A DNA stretch of 53,478 nt from a virus (Duplodnaviria; Caudoviricetes), in IMG/VR virus record IMGVR_UViG_3300020020_000038, positions 1-53,478 of that record; one strand, written 5' to 3'. The translations under genes and the position numbers were made by a program. Of the stretch, positions 25,936 through 34,564 are shown piece after piece. Below the pieces are notes generated by a model. That model saw nothing but the letters and a program-made list of their open reading frames with translations. It was not told where the DNA came from and did not search any database. Within the stretch, counting starts at the first letter, position 1. Each line of letters opens with the position of its first letter.

Positions 25936-26060
25936 GCGACGACGAGTGCGTTTGCGGGCACCCCCACGTCTGGCACACGCTTGACGAGACACGTTGCCAG
26001 TTCCATTGCGGCAACCCTGAACGATGCCCATGCACCGGATACGAGGAGGCCCAGCGATGA
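25932..26060 (+). CDS. Small Cys/His-rich protein (42 aa)
   Basis: CVCGH...H..C..C...CPC..Y; GTGA and ATGA overlaps. Confidence 0.6.
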   Translation: MSDDECVCGHPHVWHTLDETRCQFHCGNPERCPCTGYEEAQR

Positions 26061-26275
26061 TCGGACTACCACACAGCGAAGGCGCAGCGATCCACCGGCG
26101 CCCACCAAGCGAAGTGATGCGCGCCACCGTCGACCTGGAGCACGCCTGGAGTCACCCCAAAGTGACCATCGTCCCCGCCCGACGCCGCAAACCCCGCCAA
26201 CGCTGGTGCGCCCACTGCGCTGGCAATCACGCCGAGACCGAATGTCCGAGCCGACCTGAACGGCCCGACCGATGA
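26057..26275 (+). CDS. Small protein with CCHC-like knuckle
   Basis: CAHCAGNHAETEC; ATGA overlaps. Confidence 0.55.
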   Translation: MIGLPHSEGAAIHRRPPSEVMRATVDLEHAWSHPKVTIVPARRRKPRQRWCAHCAGNHAETECPSRPERPDR

Positions 26276-26910
26276 CGTGGTACAGCCAGGCCGGACAGGA
26301 CAAGTGGGTGAGTGAGCAGATGCGAGCCTTGACCGGACGGAGCACGGGATGGTTCGTGGACGTCGGCGCCTACGACGGAATCTCCACGAGCAACACGTAC
26401 GCCTTGGAGCAGGCCGGCTGGCAAGGCTTGTGCGTCGAGCCCGGCCCGAGCTTCGAACAACTGAAGATGAACCGGAGTTGCGCCGTCACACGGCAGGCAG
26501 CATCAAACTTCACGGGAGGCGTCCGATTCGACGGGATGAGCGTCATCGCCGACGATGGAGCACCCGTGCACGGCGAGAGCTACGTGCCGTGCGCCACCCT
26601 CGACTACCTGATGGACAGCGCCGGCATCCCACACGTCGTCGACTACCTGTCGATCGATGTCGAGGGCCACGAACCCGAAGTGCTCGACGGCATCAACTTC
26701 GCCCGCCGACACTTCCGGTTCATCACCATCGAACACAACGCCTACCGAGACGGCCCAGCCCTAAAGACGGCGATCCACGACCACTTGACCGCAGCCGGAT
26801 TCATCCGGGCAGTCGACAACGCCGGATGCGTCGACCCGTGCCCGCCACCGGCCTACCCCGGGTGCCCGTTCGAGGACTGGTACATCAACCGGACCGTCCG
26901 CCGAACGTAG
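26272..26910 (+). CDS. FkbM-family methyltransferase
   Basis: YSQAGQD, FVDVGAYDG..SNT, GWQGLCVEP, DYLSIDVEGHE, IEHN, EDWY. Confidence 0.9.
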   Translation: MTWYSQAGQDKWVSEQMRALTGRSTGWFVDVGAYDGISTSNTYALEQAGWQGLCVEPGPSFEQLKMNRSCAVTRQAASNFTGGVRFDGMSVIADDGAPVHGESYVPCATLDYLMDSAGIPHVVDYLSIDVEGHEPEVLDGINFARRHFRFITIEHNAYRDGPALKTAIHDHLTAAGFIRAVDNAGCVDPCPPPAYPGCPFEDWYINRTVRRT

Positions 26911-26912
26911 CT

Positions 26913-27644
26913 CTACTTGCCGAACGTGGCGGCGCGCCGTTCGTACGTGTGCCGATCACCGCGCATCAACGCCCCCGTGCCGTGGAGGTCACGAGATTCG
27001 TGTGAGATGACGCCGGGTAGCAGCCGCTCCGGCTTGCCTGAGACGACACACCACGCCTTCACCGACCGCTCGGCCAGATGGCCGGCCCAGATGTTGTCGG
27101 CCCACACGTCGAAGAGCGGCTCGAACCAATCCATGAATAGTTCAAGGTCTTCCATTCGCCACGCCATCCCCTGAGTCGACGGCCACGCATCGAACGGGGG
27201 AAACGACGGATCAACCCCGACCGTAGCCATCCCAGCGTTGTACGCCTCGGCGAACCCGGCAATGGCGAGCATCCAGTTCCCGGCCGACGCATAGCCAGCA
27301 TTGAACGCGACCGGGCCGGGCGCCTCGGCGAGGAGCCGGTCGCAACGATCGACGAGCCCGTCGTCGAGGATCGTCATGTCGTCCTGCAACAGGATCACGT
27401 TGTCGGCGGCAGTGAGGACGTACTTGGCGAGGATGAACCAACCGGTGAAGTCGTAGAACGCGGGGAGATGCTCCCGGTTGCCGGCCCATTCCCGAGCGAC
27501 GATCGCGTTGAGGCCGGAGAGACGGTCAACGGGGCGAGGCCCGACGAACACGTAGCGGTGGGGCACCCGGGCGAACCGGGCCTCAGCCTCCCGCTCGATC
27601 AGCAAGTCTTGACTATGGATGGTCACGAACACCTCGACCGTCAT
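26913..27644 (-). CDS. Putative GT-A-like glycosyltransferase
   Basis: VFVTIH start strand, ILLQDD (DxD-like), GHLAERS; context of glycan genes. Confidence 0.5.
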   Translation of the reverse strand: MTVEVFVTIHSQDLLIEREAEARFARVPHRYVFVGPRPVDRLSGLNAIVAREWAGNREHLPAFYDFTGWFILAKYVLTAADNVILLQDDMTILDDGLVDRCDRLLAEAPGPVAFNAGYASAGNWMLAIAGFAEAYNAGMATVGVDPSFPPFDAWPSTQGMAWRMEDLELFMDWFEPLFDVWADNIWAGHLAERSVKAWCVVSGKPERLLPGVISHESRDLHGTGALMRGDRHTYERRAATFGK

Positions 27645-27659
27645 GCCACCATTATCGCC

Positions 27660-28319
27660 GTGACGCGGCTCAGCCACTGGTATCACGTGTACGCCGACGG
27701 GAACTGGGCGCAGCCCGTCACCGAGCATTGCCAAGCCCTTTGCAAAGGCGGACTCCTCGACGCGCTGGAGGGATGGTTCGTCGGGTTCGTCGGCAGCGAC
27801 GACAACATCGCCGCAGCCAGGTGCACACTCGATGTACTAGCGCCCGGCTACACCGTCGTAGCCGCGGCGCCGGTTGGGTGGGAGCAGGAGACGTTGGAGC
27901 CGCTCTGGGCGTGGACTCAGGACCATGACGGATTGGTCAGTTACGGCCACACGAAAGGCTCGGCGCACCCGAACCCGATCAATGATCCGTGGCGGCGCTG
28001 CATGGAGTACCACTGTTTCGTTGAGTGGCGGCGACCGGTGGAGGCGTTGACGGAGGGCGGCGCGTCTATCGCCGGGTCGCATTGGATCAAGGGCGGACCG
28101 TCATCCGTGCCGGGCTACGGGACGGGAGGCATGTTCGGCGGGAACTTCTGGTGGACGAGAGCCGAGCTGCTCCGTCAGAACCCGGCACCGGACCGGACTT
28201 CGAGGATGCACGCCGAGCATTGGCTCGGGCAACTGTCGGAGGTGACGCCGTTGACCGACGCCACGGTGTGCGATTTGAATACGGCGAGCATCGGGCGAGG
28301 CTGCCCCGACTGGGTCTAG
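27660..28319 (+). CDS. Putative glycan-related enzyme (HTKG/GNFWW type)
   Basis: EQETL..LW, YGHTKG, WRRCM, FGGNFWW, AEHWLG; context of glycan genes. Confidence 0.5.
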   Translation: MTRLSHWYHVYADGNWAQPVTEHCQALCKGGLLDALEGWFVGFVGSDDNIAAARCTLDVLAPGYTVVAAAPVGWEQETLEPLWAWTQDHDGLVSYGHTKGSAHPNPINDPWRRCMEYHCFVEWRRPVEALTEGGASIAGSHWIKGGPSSVPGYGTGGMFGGNFWWTRAELLRQNPAPDRTSRMHAEHWLGQLSEVTPLTDATVCDLNTASIGRGCPDWV

Positions 28320-28621
28320 AGGTAGACGATGACGGTGTCGGAACCCTCTTCGGGCCAGACAGGCGTCGACAAGTCGAGGAACACCGGATGCCACGTGAGG
28401 TCCCACGAACCCAACTCGGCGGTGGGCAGCCAGCCGGACAGGTCGAGCGTCACGATACGCGCCTCGGGATCATCGATTTCCCCGGGCAGCACGACCGCCG
28501 CTCCGGTGGTGCAGTGCTTGCAGAGGCCGGTGACAGCGGACGCGGTGGCGAGCGTCAGGAGGCCGTGGAGTTGCCCGGTGAGCGAGTCGACCCCGGTGCG
28601 ATGCCGCCGCCACGTCGTCAT
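28316..28621 (-). CDS. Small BppU/Ig-like virion adaptor protein
   Basis: GSWDLTWHPVFLDLSTPVWPEEG pattern; last gene of fibre module B. Confidence 0.5.
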   Translation of the reverse strand: MTTWRRHRTGVDSLTGQLHGLLTLATASAVTGLCKHCTTGAAVVLPGEIDDPEARIVTLDLSGWLPTAELGSWDLTWHPVFLDLSTPVWPEEGSDTVIVYL

Positions 28622-30699
28622 ACCGTGGACGTCCTACGAACCCCGTCGACCCGGGACGTCAACCGTGCCATGTCGAGTCGGGTGGTCAACCGCACCCCAT
28701 CGATCCTAGTCGTGTAGCGCGGCCCGCCCGTGTAGATCGGCGCCGACGACGGAACGGTCGGCGTGACGACGTCGGTGATCCCGACCGGATCGACGAAGGC
28801 CCGCACGGCATCGTGGACGATTTCGATGGAGTCGACGAGACCGACGACATCAACGATGTTGGCTGCGCCGGCCCCGGCGATCTCGACCGAGTCGGTGATC
28901 CCGACCGGATCGACGGCGGAGACCGCCGACCCGACAGCGATCTCGACCGAGTCGGTGATCCCGACCGGATCGACGGCGGAGACCGCTTGGCTGAGGGACA
29001 CATCGACAGAGTCAGTGATCCCGAGAGCGTCGGCGACAGAGCGAGCGACCGACAGAGCGACGTCAACCGAGTCGGCGATGCCGATGACGTCGACGTGTGA
29101 GCGGACGATGACGGAGGCGGCGTCAACGGCGTCGGTGATCCCGATGTTGTCGGCTGGGTTGATCGCCCCTTCGCCGGAGGACTCGACCGTGACGGAATCG
29201 GTGATCCCCACCACGTCCGTTTGCGGGCGGACGATCGCACTGGCGGCATCGACTGTGTCGGTGATCCCGATCTCGTCGGTCTCTGCGACCACCTTGCTGA
29301 TTACGACCGCAGCGGAGTCGGTGATCCCCACCCCGTCGACCGCGGCCAGGGCGTTGCCGACGGTGAGCGTTGCCGTGTCGGTGACACCGATGTTGTCGAC
29401 GGCCGCTACGGCGTTACCGACCGCCACCGTCGTTGCGTCGGTGATCCCGACTGGGTCGACGACGTCGAAGGCATTACCGACGGCGAGCGTTGCCGTGTCC
29501 GTGATCCCGACGACATCGACCGGGGATTGGGTGAGGCTGAGTTGTAGCGTCGCCGTGTCCGTGATCCCGACATCGTCAGCGTCGGCATCGATCGTGACGG
29601 CAAGCGCCACGTCAACGTCTTCGGTGATCCCGACTGGATCGACTGCCGCGATGGCGTTCGCCACGACGAGCGCCACCGAGTCGGTGATGCCGACGTTGTC
29701 GGTGACCGCTTCGAGGAGCCCAAGCTCCGTTGTGATCGAATCGGTGATCCCGACGGTGTCGGTGACGGCGACGACGTTGTCGACGACGAGCGTCGCGGCA
29801 TCGGTGATGCCGATGTTGTCGACTGGGGTGAGGTCGGTGTCGCCGCCAGGAACGAACGTGGTCGCCGAGTCGGTGATCCCGACCGCTTCGGCGCGTTGTA
29901 GTTCGTAGTCCTCGGCGACACCCGAGTCGCCGATCCCGATGAGATCGACAGGGTTGACGCCCCGGCCGATGACGAGAGCCACCGAGTCCGTGATCCCGAC
30001 CTCATCGGTCTCGGAGACGGTGTGGGCGATAGCGGACGACGGATGGACAGCGAGCGTGAACGCCCGCCAAGCGAACGATACGTCGGTGCTGAACGCCCCG
30101 GCGTCCTCTGACGCTGCGTTGAGTTGTCGAGACGCTGCCGCAATCAAGCCACCGAGGTTTGTGCCTGCGGTACCGCAAGTCTTCTGGAGCGGCGGGCTCG
30201 GCGTGTAGTTGGCTGGCGAACCGGCGTTGGCCCATGTGTCATCGTCGGCTTCCTCGCCAGCCGATCCGAAGAAGGTGATCCATAGGTAGTCCTTGGCACC
30301 ACCGGTCGGGGTGCAAGTCGTGGCGTTGGGAGCAGTCGAGGTGCCGGTCGCCAACGTCGACAGTTGCGGAGCCTGGGTTGCCGGGTCCTCAGCACCCGAA
30401 ATCTGATATGTAATCGTGGCGTCACGGACAGCCACCGTTGACGTGAACGTGACCGTCGCGCCTTCCGCCCCATTGGACACGCGATACCACACGGCCATGC
30501 CGCTCGGGACGGCCTCATCGAGAAGTTCGGTCCATCCGGCGAGCGTGTTGAACGATGCAGTCGACGCTGGGGTGCCCTTGTCCAACAGGACGAGAATCAG
30601 GTTCCCCGAGACGAGACTCGCGGGCAAGCTGACGACGTGGGACGTATTCGCGGTGGCTGTCGCCGACTCGTTGGTCGTAACGACGACGGGGAAGGCCAC
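28618..30699 (-). CDS. Structural repeat protein: beta-rich N-domain plus ~21 D-x-V-G-I-T-D repeats
   Basis: Repeats counted in the translation, period mostly 20 aa; near-identical 60-bp DNA units around 28880-28990. Confidence 0.85.
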   Translation of the reverse strand: MAFPVVVTTNESATATANTSHVVSLPASLVSGNLILVLLDKGTPASTASFNTLAGWTELLDEAVPSGMAVWYRVSNGAEGATVTFTSTVAVRDATITYQISGAEDPATQAPQLSTLATGTSTAPNATTCTPTGGAKDYLWITFFGSAGEEADDDTWANAGSPANYTPSPPLQKTCGTAGTNLGGLIAAASRQLNAASEDAGAFSTDVSFAWRAFTLAVHPSSAIAHTVSETDEVGITDSVALVIGRGVNPVDLIGIGDSGVAEDYELQRAEAVGITDSATTFVPGGDTDLTPVDNIGITDAATLVVDNVVAVTDTVGITDSITTELGLLEAVTDNVGITDSVALVVANAIAAVDPVGITEDVDVALAVTIDADADDVGITDTATLQLSLTQSPVDVVGITDTATLAVGNAFDVVDPVGITDATTVAVGNAVAAVDNIGVTDTATLTVGNALAAVDGVGITDSAAVVISKVVAETDEIGITDTVDAASAIVRPQTDVVGITDSVTVESSGEGAINPADNIGITDAVDAASVIVRSHVDVIGIADSVDVALSVARSVADALGITDSVDVSLSQAVSAVDPVGITDSVEIAVGSAVSAVDPVGITDSVEIAGAGAANIVDVVGLVDSIEIVHDAVRAFVDPVGITDVVTPTVPSSAPIYTGGPRYTTRIDGVRLTTRLDMARLTSRVDGVRRTSTV

Positions 30700-30700
30700 G

Positions 30701-31486
30701 TCAGATCACCCTCGTGATGGCGAGACGCACACGCGGCGGCGGCACCACCACATCGGCCGCATCAGTGATCCCGACGTTGTCGACCGGATTGACTTCCTCC
30801 GCATCGCCCGCGCCAGCGGCGACCTCGATGGCAACACCTGCAAACGAGAACACCGCCACCGACGCGCCGGCCCTGATGTCATTCCACAGCACCGAGGCAG
30901 AGGTTGACCCGGTGCGTTGCTGGAACTGTGCGCCACCAAAGAACGACGCTGACGAGTCGACCTGGGCGTCCTCAGTCCAGCCGGTCCCACCGTCGATGTC
31001 GTTGAGTCCGGCGTCCGTGTCCACCACACAACCGGCCAGGACGACACTCGACGCCGCCGGAGCCCCGGACAACGTGATCGTCTTAGCCCCGTCAGTCGTG
31101 TTATCGGCGAGACCGATGACGGCATCGATCGGGTCACCAGTGTCGAATCCGGTCACCTCGTACACGGCATAGAACATGCCGTAGGTCGACGATGCCCCCG
31201 TGCCGATCGTGATCGTCGTAGACCCGCCCACTGCGACCGCTGTGAATGACTCGCCGGACGCCTTATCGGAGACACCTTGGTAGGCGGATGCTTGCGTGGC
31301 GAACGTGTGTGACGGCGCGGCACAGGTCAACGCACCCGCCGCGGAGCTACCCATGATCGCCATCAACTGGACGACAATCAAACTGCCCGCCGTGAAAGAG
31401 ATTGCACCCAACGCCTCCGACGCAGCGACAGGCGACGTCGCCAGGTCTGCCGAGCCGGACGCCTTGAGTGTCGCTACGACGGCCAT
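30701..31486 (-). CDS. Beta-rich virion accessory protein with one terminal VGITD repeat
   Basis: A/G/S/T-rich; ends NPVDNVGITDAADVVVPPPRVRLAITRVI. Confidence 0.7.
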   Translation of the reverse strand: MAVVATLKASGSADLATSPVAASEALGAISFTAGSLIVVQLMAIMGSSAAGALTCAAPSHTFATQASAYQGVSDKASGESFTAVAVGGSTTITIGTGASSTYGMFYAVYEVTGFDTGDPIDAVIGLADNTTDGAKTITLSGAPAASSVVLAGCVVDTDAGLNDIDGGTGWTEDAQVDSSASFFGGAQFQQRTGSTSASVLWNDIRAGASVAVFSFAGVAIEVAAGAGDAEEVNPVDNVGITDAADVVVPPPRVRLAITRVI

Positions 31487-31487
31487 G

Positions 31488-32825
31488 TCATGCAGCCTCT
31501 ACCACAAGCACCCAGTCGCCGTCACCGGCAGCGTTCGTCCCGAGCGACCCGAACGATTGCGAACCGGTCGTAGCGAACACCCCGAGAGACGTCGCGGCCA
31601 GGTTGACGGGGTCGACCTTGAACACTTCACAGTTGGTCGGGGCAAGCATGCCGACGTTGAGACCGACAGTGGCCGCTCCACCACTGGGCCGGTAGACGAC
31701 AGCGAGCGTCCCGCTGGTGGCAGCGGTGTCAACTCGGGCACCGATCAACAGGCCACCCGACCCACGCCCCGTGGTGACGAACGTAGACCCCAACGGCAGC
31801 ATCGTGGACCAGCGGGTGCCGAGACCGATGATGAATTGGGCGAACATCTCCAGCTTCAATGAGCCGGGCGAATCCAGATTCGATTCCCACGTCCCGGTCC
31901 ACGCGATCCCCCACGAGGCGTCCTCGAAATGCCAGATCGGGTTGTTCCCGAACAGGACGTAGCAAGCACCACCGACGAACGGCCCCCACATCTGCGACCG
32001 CAGATACGGCTCGTCACCGTATTGATCCTCATGATCAAAGTCGGCTTCGTAGTGCCCCTCGAAGAACCCGACCGGAATCGCCGACGCCGCGTACGCCGTC
32101 TCGGTGTCGGCAGCCGGAGTGTTGCCGTAGTCGTAGATGGTGTCGAGGTCGAACGTGATCCCCGGATAGAACGTCGAACCGAGCGAGCCGCTGAGACCAC
32201 CCGGAGCAACCAGGAAACCACTGTTGGCTCGTAGCGCCGTAGCGACGTTCGCTTGGCGATCCTCCAAGGTGGCGTCGGGGTCGAAGTCGTGCCCGATCAG
32301 CCAGATCAGGTTGGGGCGATCGGCGTACCGTTGGGCGAGCGACGTCGCATAGGTGGACACCTGCCCGTTGGTCGCCGCCGCCAGCTCGGTCCGCCAACCG
32401 TCGCCGAGGTTGAACCCGAGGTACGTCATACACACGATGACCGTGAACCCCAGGCGTTCCATCTCATCGAAGATGAAGTCGATGTGTTCCCAGTACGGCT
32501 CGTTCAACGACGACTGGTACGCGGTCCCAGTGAACGGCAGGTCACCGTTGACGTTGCGTTCGGGCGGGGTCTGGTTGGAGAACCCGCCCTCGGGAGCGTT
32601 GAACAGACTGAGGTTGAAACCCTTCGCCGCCCGATCCTCCAGGTAGGTCGTTACCTCGGCGGCGGTGAGTTGCACCCCGAGCGACCACGCCGTGTCAGCG
32701 ACACCAAACCAGGGTTGTCCGTTCTGATCGACAAGGTAGGTGCCGTCACCCGAAACCGCCGTGGCGAACGGCAACCCAGTCTCGATGAACCTCAGATGGT
32801 GATCTGTGCGGACGGTCACGGCCAC
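31488..32825 (-). CDS. DUF4038/apiosidase-like glycoside hydrolase
   Basis: VSGDGTYLVDQNGQPWF..DTAW, YLEDRAAKGFN, RYADRPNLIW..G.D, EGHYE, DWVLV. Confidence 0.75.
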   Translation of the reverse strand: MAVTVRTDHHLRFIETGLPFATAVSGDGTYLVDQNGQPWFGVADTAWSLGVQLTAAEVTTYLEDRAAKGFNLSLFNAPEGGFSNQTPPERNVNGDLPFTGTAYQSSLNEPYWEHIDFIFDEMERLGFTVIVCMTYLGFNLGDGWRTELAAATNGQVSTYATSLAQRYADRPNLIWLIGHDFDPDATLEDRQANVATALRANSGFLVAPGGLSGSLGSTFYPGITFDLDTIYDYGNTPAADTETAYAASAIPVGFFEGHYEADFDHEDQYGDEPYLRSQMWGPFVGGACYVLFGNNPIWHFEDASWGIAWTGTWESNLDSPGSLKLEMFAQFIIGLGTRWSTMLPLGSTFVTTGRGSGGLLIGARVDTAATSGTLAVVYRPSGGAATVGLNVGMLAPTNCEVFKVDPVNLAATSLGVFATTGSQSFGSLGTNAAGDGDWVLVVEAA

Positions 32826-32837
32826 AACCGTGACCCC

Positions 32838-33419
32838 CTATGCGCCTAGAAGATCATGACTCCACGTGATCGCCAGAGTGTCGCTCGCACCCTTGTCGAC
32901 GGCGCTGAACACGACACGGGAGATTGTGTCGGCCGCCGCACCTGCGCCCGTGCCGATCGGGGTGAGATTCGTGATCACAGCCTCCGTGATCGCCGAGTTT
33001 GTCGCCGTGCCAGCCGCCCACGTCGTCTTCCACTGGATGCGTCGAGACGAACCGTTCAACGCCGAGGTGGGGAACCCGCCGTCGATCGCCACGTTCGAGC
33101 CAGAGATGTGCGCAACGATCGCCGCGCCGGCACCGGTCTTGGCCGCCGCGGTCGTGCTGGTGCCGAGCCGCATCCCGGTCACCTGGTCAGGCGGCGAAGC
33201 GATGCCGGCGGCCCGTTCGCCGTAGTACTCGTCGCCGACCTGGGTGACCAGGTTCCGGATAAGTTCCAGGCTGATGATTTCGAGACCGGCAGCCTTACGG
33301 CGGGGACGGAGCAACGCCACTTCGACGAGGCCGGCGATCCCGACCGAGTCGTCGTGGCCACGGGCACGGTCGAGCGTCAAAACGACCTCGTCGCGGATAC
33401 CACTGGGATCAACGTTCAC
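32838..33419 (-). CDS. Putative fibre/filament structural subunit
   Basis: NLVT.VG, MRLGT, AITEAVI.N, SRVVFSAVDKGASDTLAITW; AGGAGG RBS. Confidence 0.65.
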   Translation of the reverse strand: MNVDPSGIRDEVVLTLDRARGHDDSVGIAGLVEVALLRPRRKAAGLEIISLELIRNLVTQVGDEYYGERAAGIASPPDQVTGMRLGTSTTAAAKTGAGAAIVAHISGSNVAIDGGFPTSALNGSSRRIQWKTTWAAGTATNSAITEAVITNLTPIGTGAGAAADTISRVVFSAVDKGASDTLAITWSHDLLGA

Positions 33420-33428
33420 TGGGGCCTC

Positions 33429-33905
33429 CTACTTGATGCCGACGTTGGCGAGCTTGCCGGGTTCGGTGACGAGCGTCCCGGTCGAGTCGGTGCGGGTGAC
33501 GAACGACGACGTGAGTCCGACCGTCGACCAGCCGAGATAGGCGACCATGGCGAACGCCCACGTGATCGCCGCCGAAATGAACGCTGACCACGAGATGACC
33601 GCGCCGCCACCATCAACGAGATGCACGTTCACGAGCCCGGCGACACCGGACAGGACGATGGTGACCAGTTGTTTCACCCAGCTCGCCCAGAGCAGTTTGG
33701 TGAGGAGACCGGTGACCAGCGGGATGACGACACCGAGAATGACCGAGACGACATACGGCGGGAGGGCGAACGCCCCGTCGACTTGTACGGCGTCCGGGCC
33801 GACCGGGGTCGGTTCCTCCAGGCCGGAAGCGAGCACCGCAGCGGGCAACATCACCGCCCCGACGAACACGAGAGCAGCAGTGAGGATGCGACCGAGACGG
33901 CTCAT
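33429..33905 (-). CDS. Holin-like membrane protein (lysis cassette B)
   Basis: Several TM segments, GVVIPLVTGLLTK; TACGAT-N8-ATG leaderless start. Confidence 0.7.
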   Translation of the reverse strand: MSRLGRILTAALVFVGAVMLPAAVLASGLEEPTPVGPDAVQVDGAFALPPYVVSVILGVVIPLVTGLLTKLLWASWVKQLVTIVLSGVAGLVNVHLVDGGGAVISWSAFISAAITWAFAMVAYLGWSTVGLTSSFVTRTDSTGTLVTEPGKLANVGIK

Positions 33906-33949
33906 GTGTGGGCATCGTAGACGGCGCGCCACCGTGAAGTGTGGACCTG

Positions 33950-34483
33950 TCAGGGTGCCCGCTCGATCAGGATGAACGCGAGCGAGGACAGCCCGACGAG
34001 TACGGCGACGGCCCAACCGATGATCTGGCGGGACTTGTCGAGTCCGGCCGCGGTGCCAGTGGTGAGGTCGAGCCGCGAGTTGACCGTGTCGAGCCGCGAG
34101 TTGACGACGGCGATGGCATCGGTGCGGGCGGCGACCCCGGCGTCGACCTTGGCGTTCATCGCTTGGAGCCCGGCGTCGACCTTGGCCTCCAACGCCTGGA
34201 ACCCTGTCTCGACCCGGCCTTCCATCGACTTGAAGCGGGCCTCGATCTCGTCACGGGGCATCGTCTTAGCGATGATGTCAGCTTGCTGACCACGGAACTC
34301 GTTGACGCTGTCGAGACGAGCCTGGATCGTCTCATTCTTCTCGCTGAGCGCTGTGTTCTGGGCGTCGAACCGCTGATCCAGGCGCAGGTCGAGGTCGATG
34401 AACCGCTGCTCGAAGTGGGCACGCAGCGTGTCAACAGTCCAGCCGGACGGATCTTTCTCCGTCTCACCGCCACCGATCGCCAC
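33950..34483 (-). CDS. Coiled-coil protein with C-terminal TM anchor (lysis cassette B)
   Basis: NEFRGQ motif, internal AKVDAG and VNSRLD repeats, hydrophobic tail, GGAGGAG RBS. Confidence 0.7.
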   Translation of the reverse strand: MAIGGGETEKDPSGWTVDTLRAHFEQRFIDLDLRLDQRFDAQNTALSEKNETIQARLDSVNEFRGQQADIIAKTMPRDEIEARFKSMEGRVETGFQALEAKVDAGLQAMNAKVDAGVAARTDAIAVVNSRLDTVNSRLDLTTGTAAGLDKSRQIIGWAVAVLVGLSSLAFILIERAP

Positions 34484-34564
34484 CTTCGCTCCTCCCACGA
34501 GCCTAATGCTAGTAGTGATAAGGATCGTAGACGGGCGTACCTCCAGCGTGTCGCCGCGTACCGG

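Noticed and set aside
24936-28319. Alternating gene orientation suggesting an invertible segment
   Set aside because: No flanking inverted repeats seen by eye and no recombinase in the window.
28760-30010. Regularly spaced GTCGGTGATCCCGA units resembling a CRISPR array
   Set aside because: They are the codons of the in-frame VGITD protein repeat, degenerate at wobble positions; no cas genes or leader.
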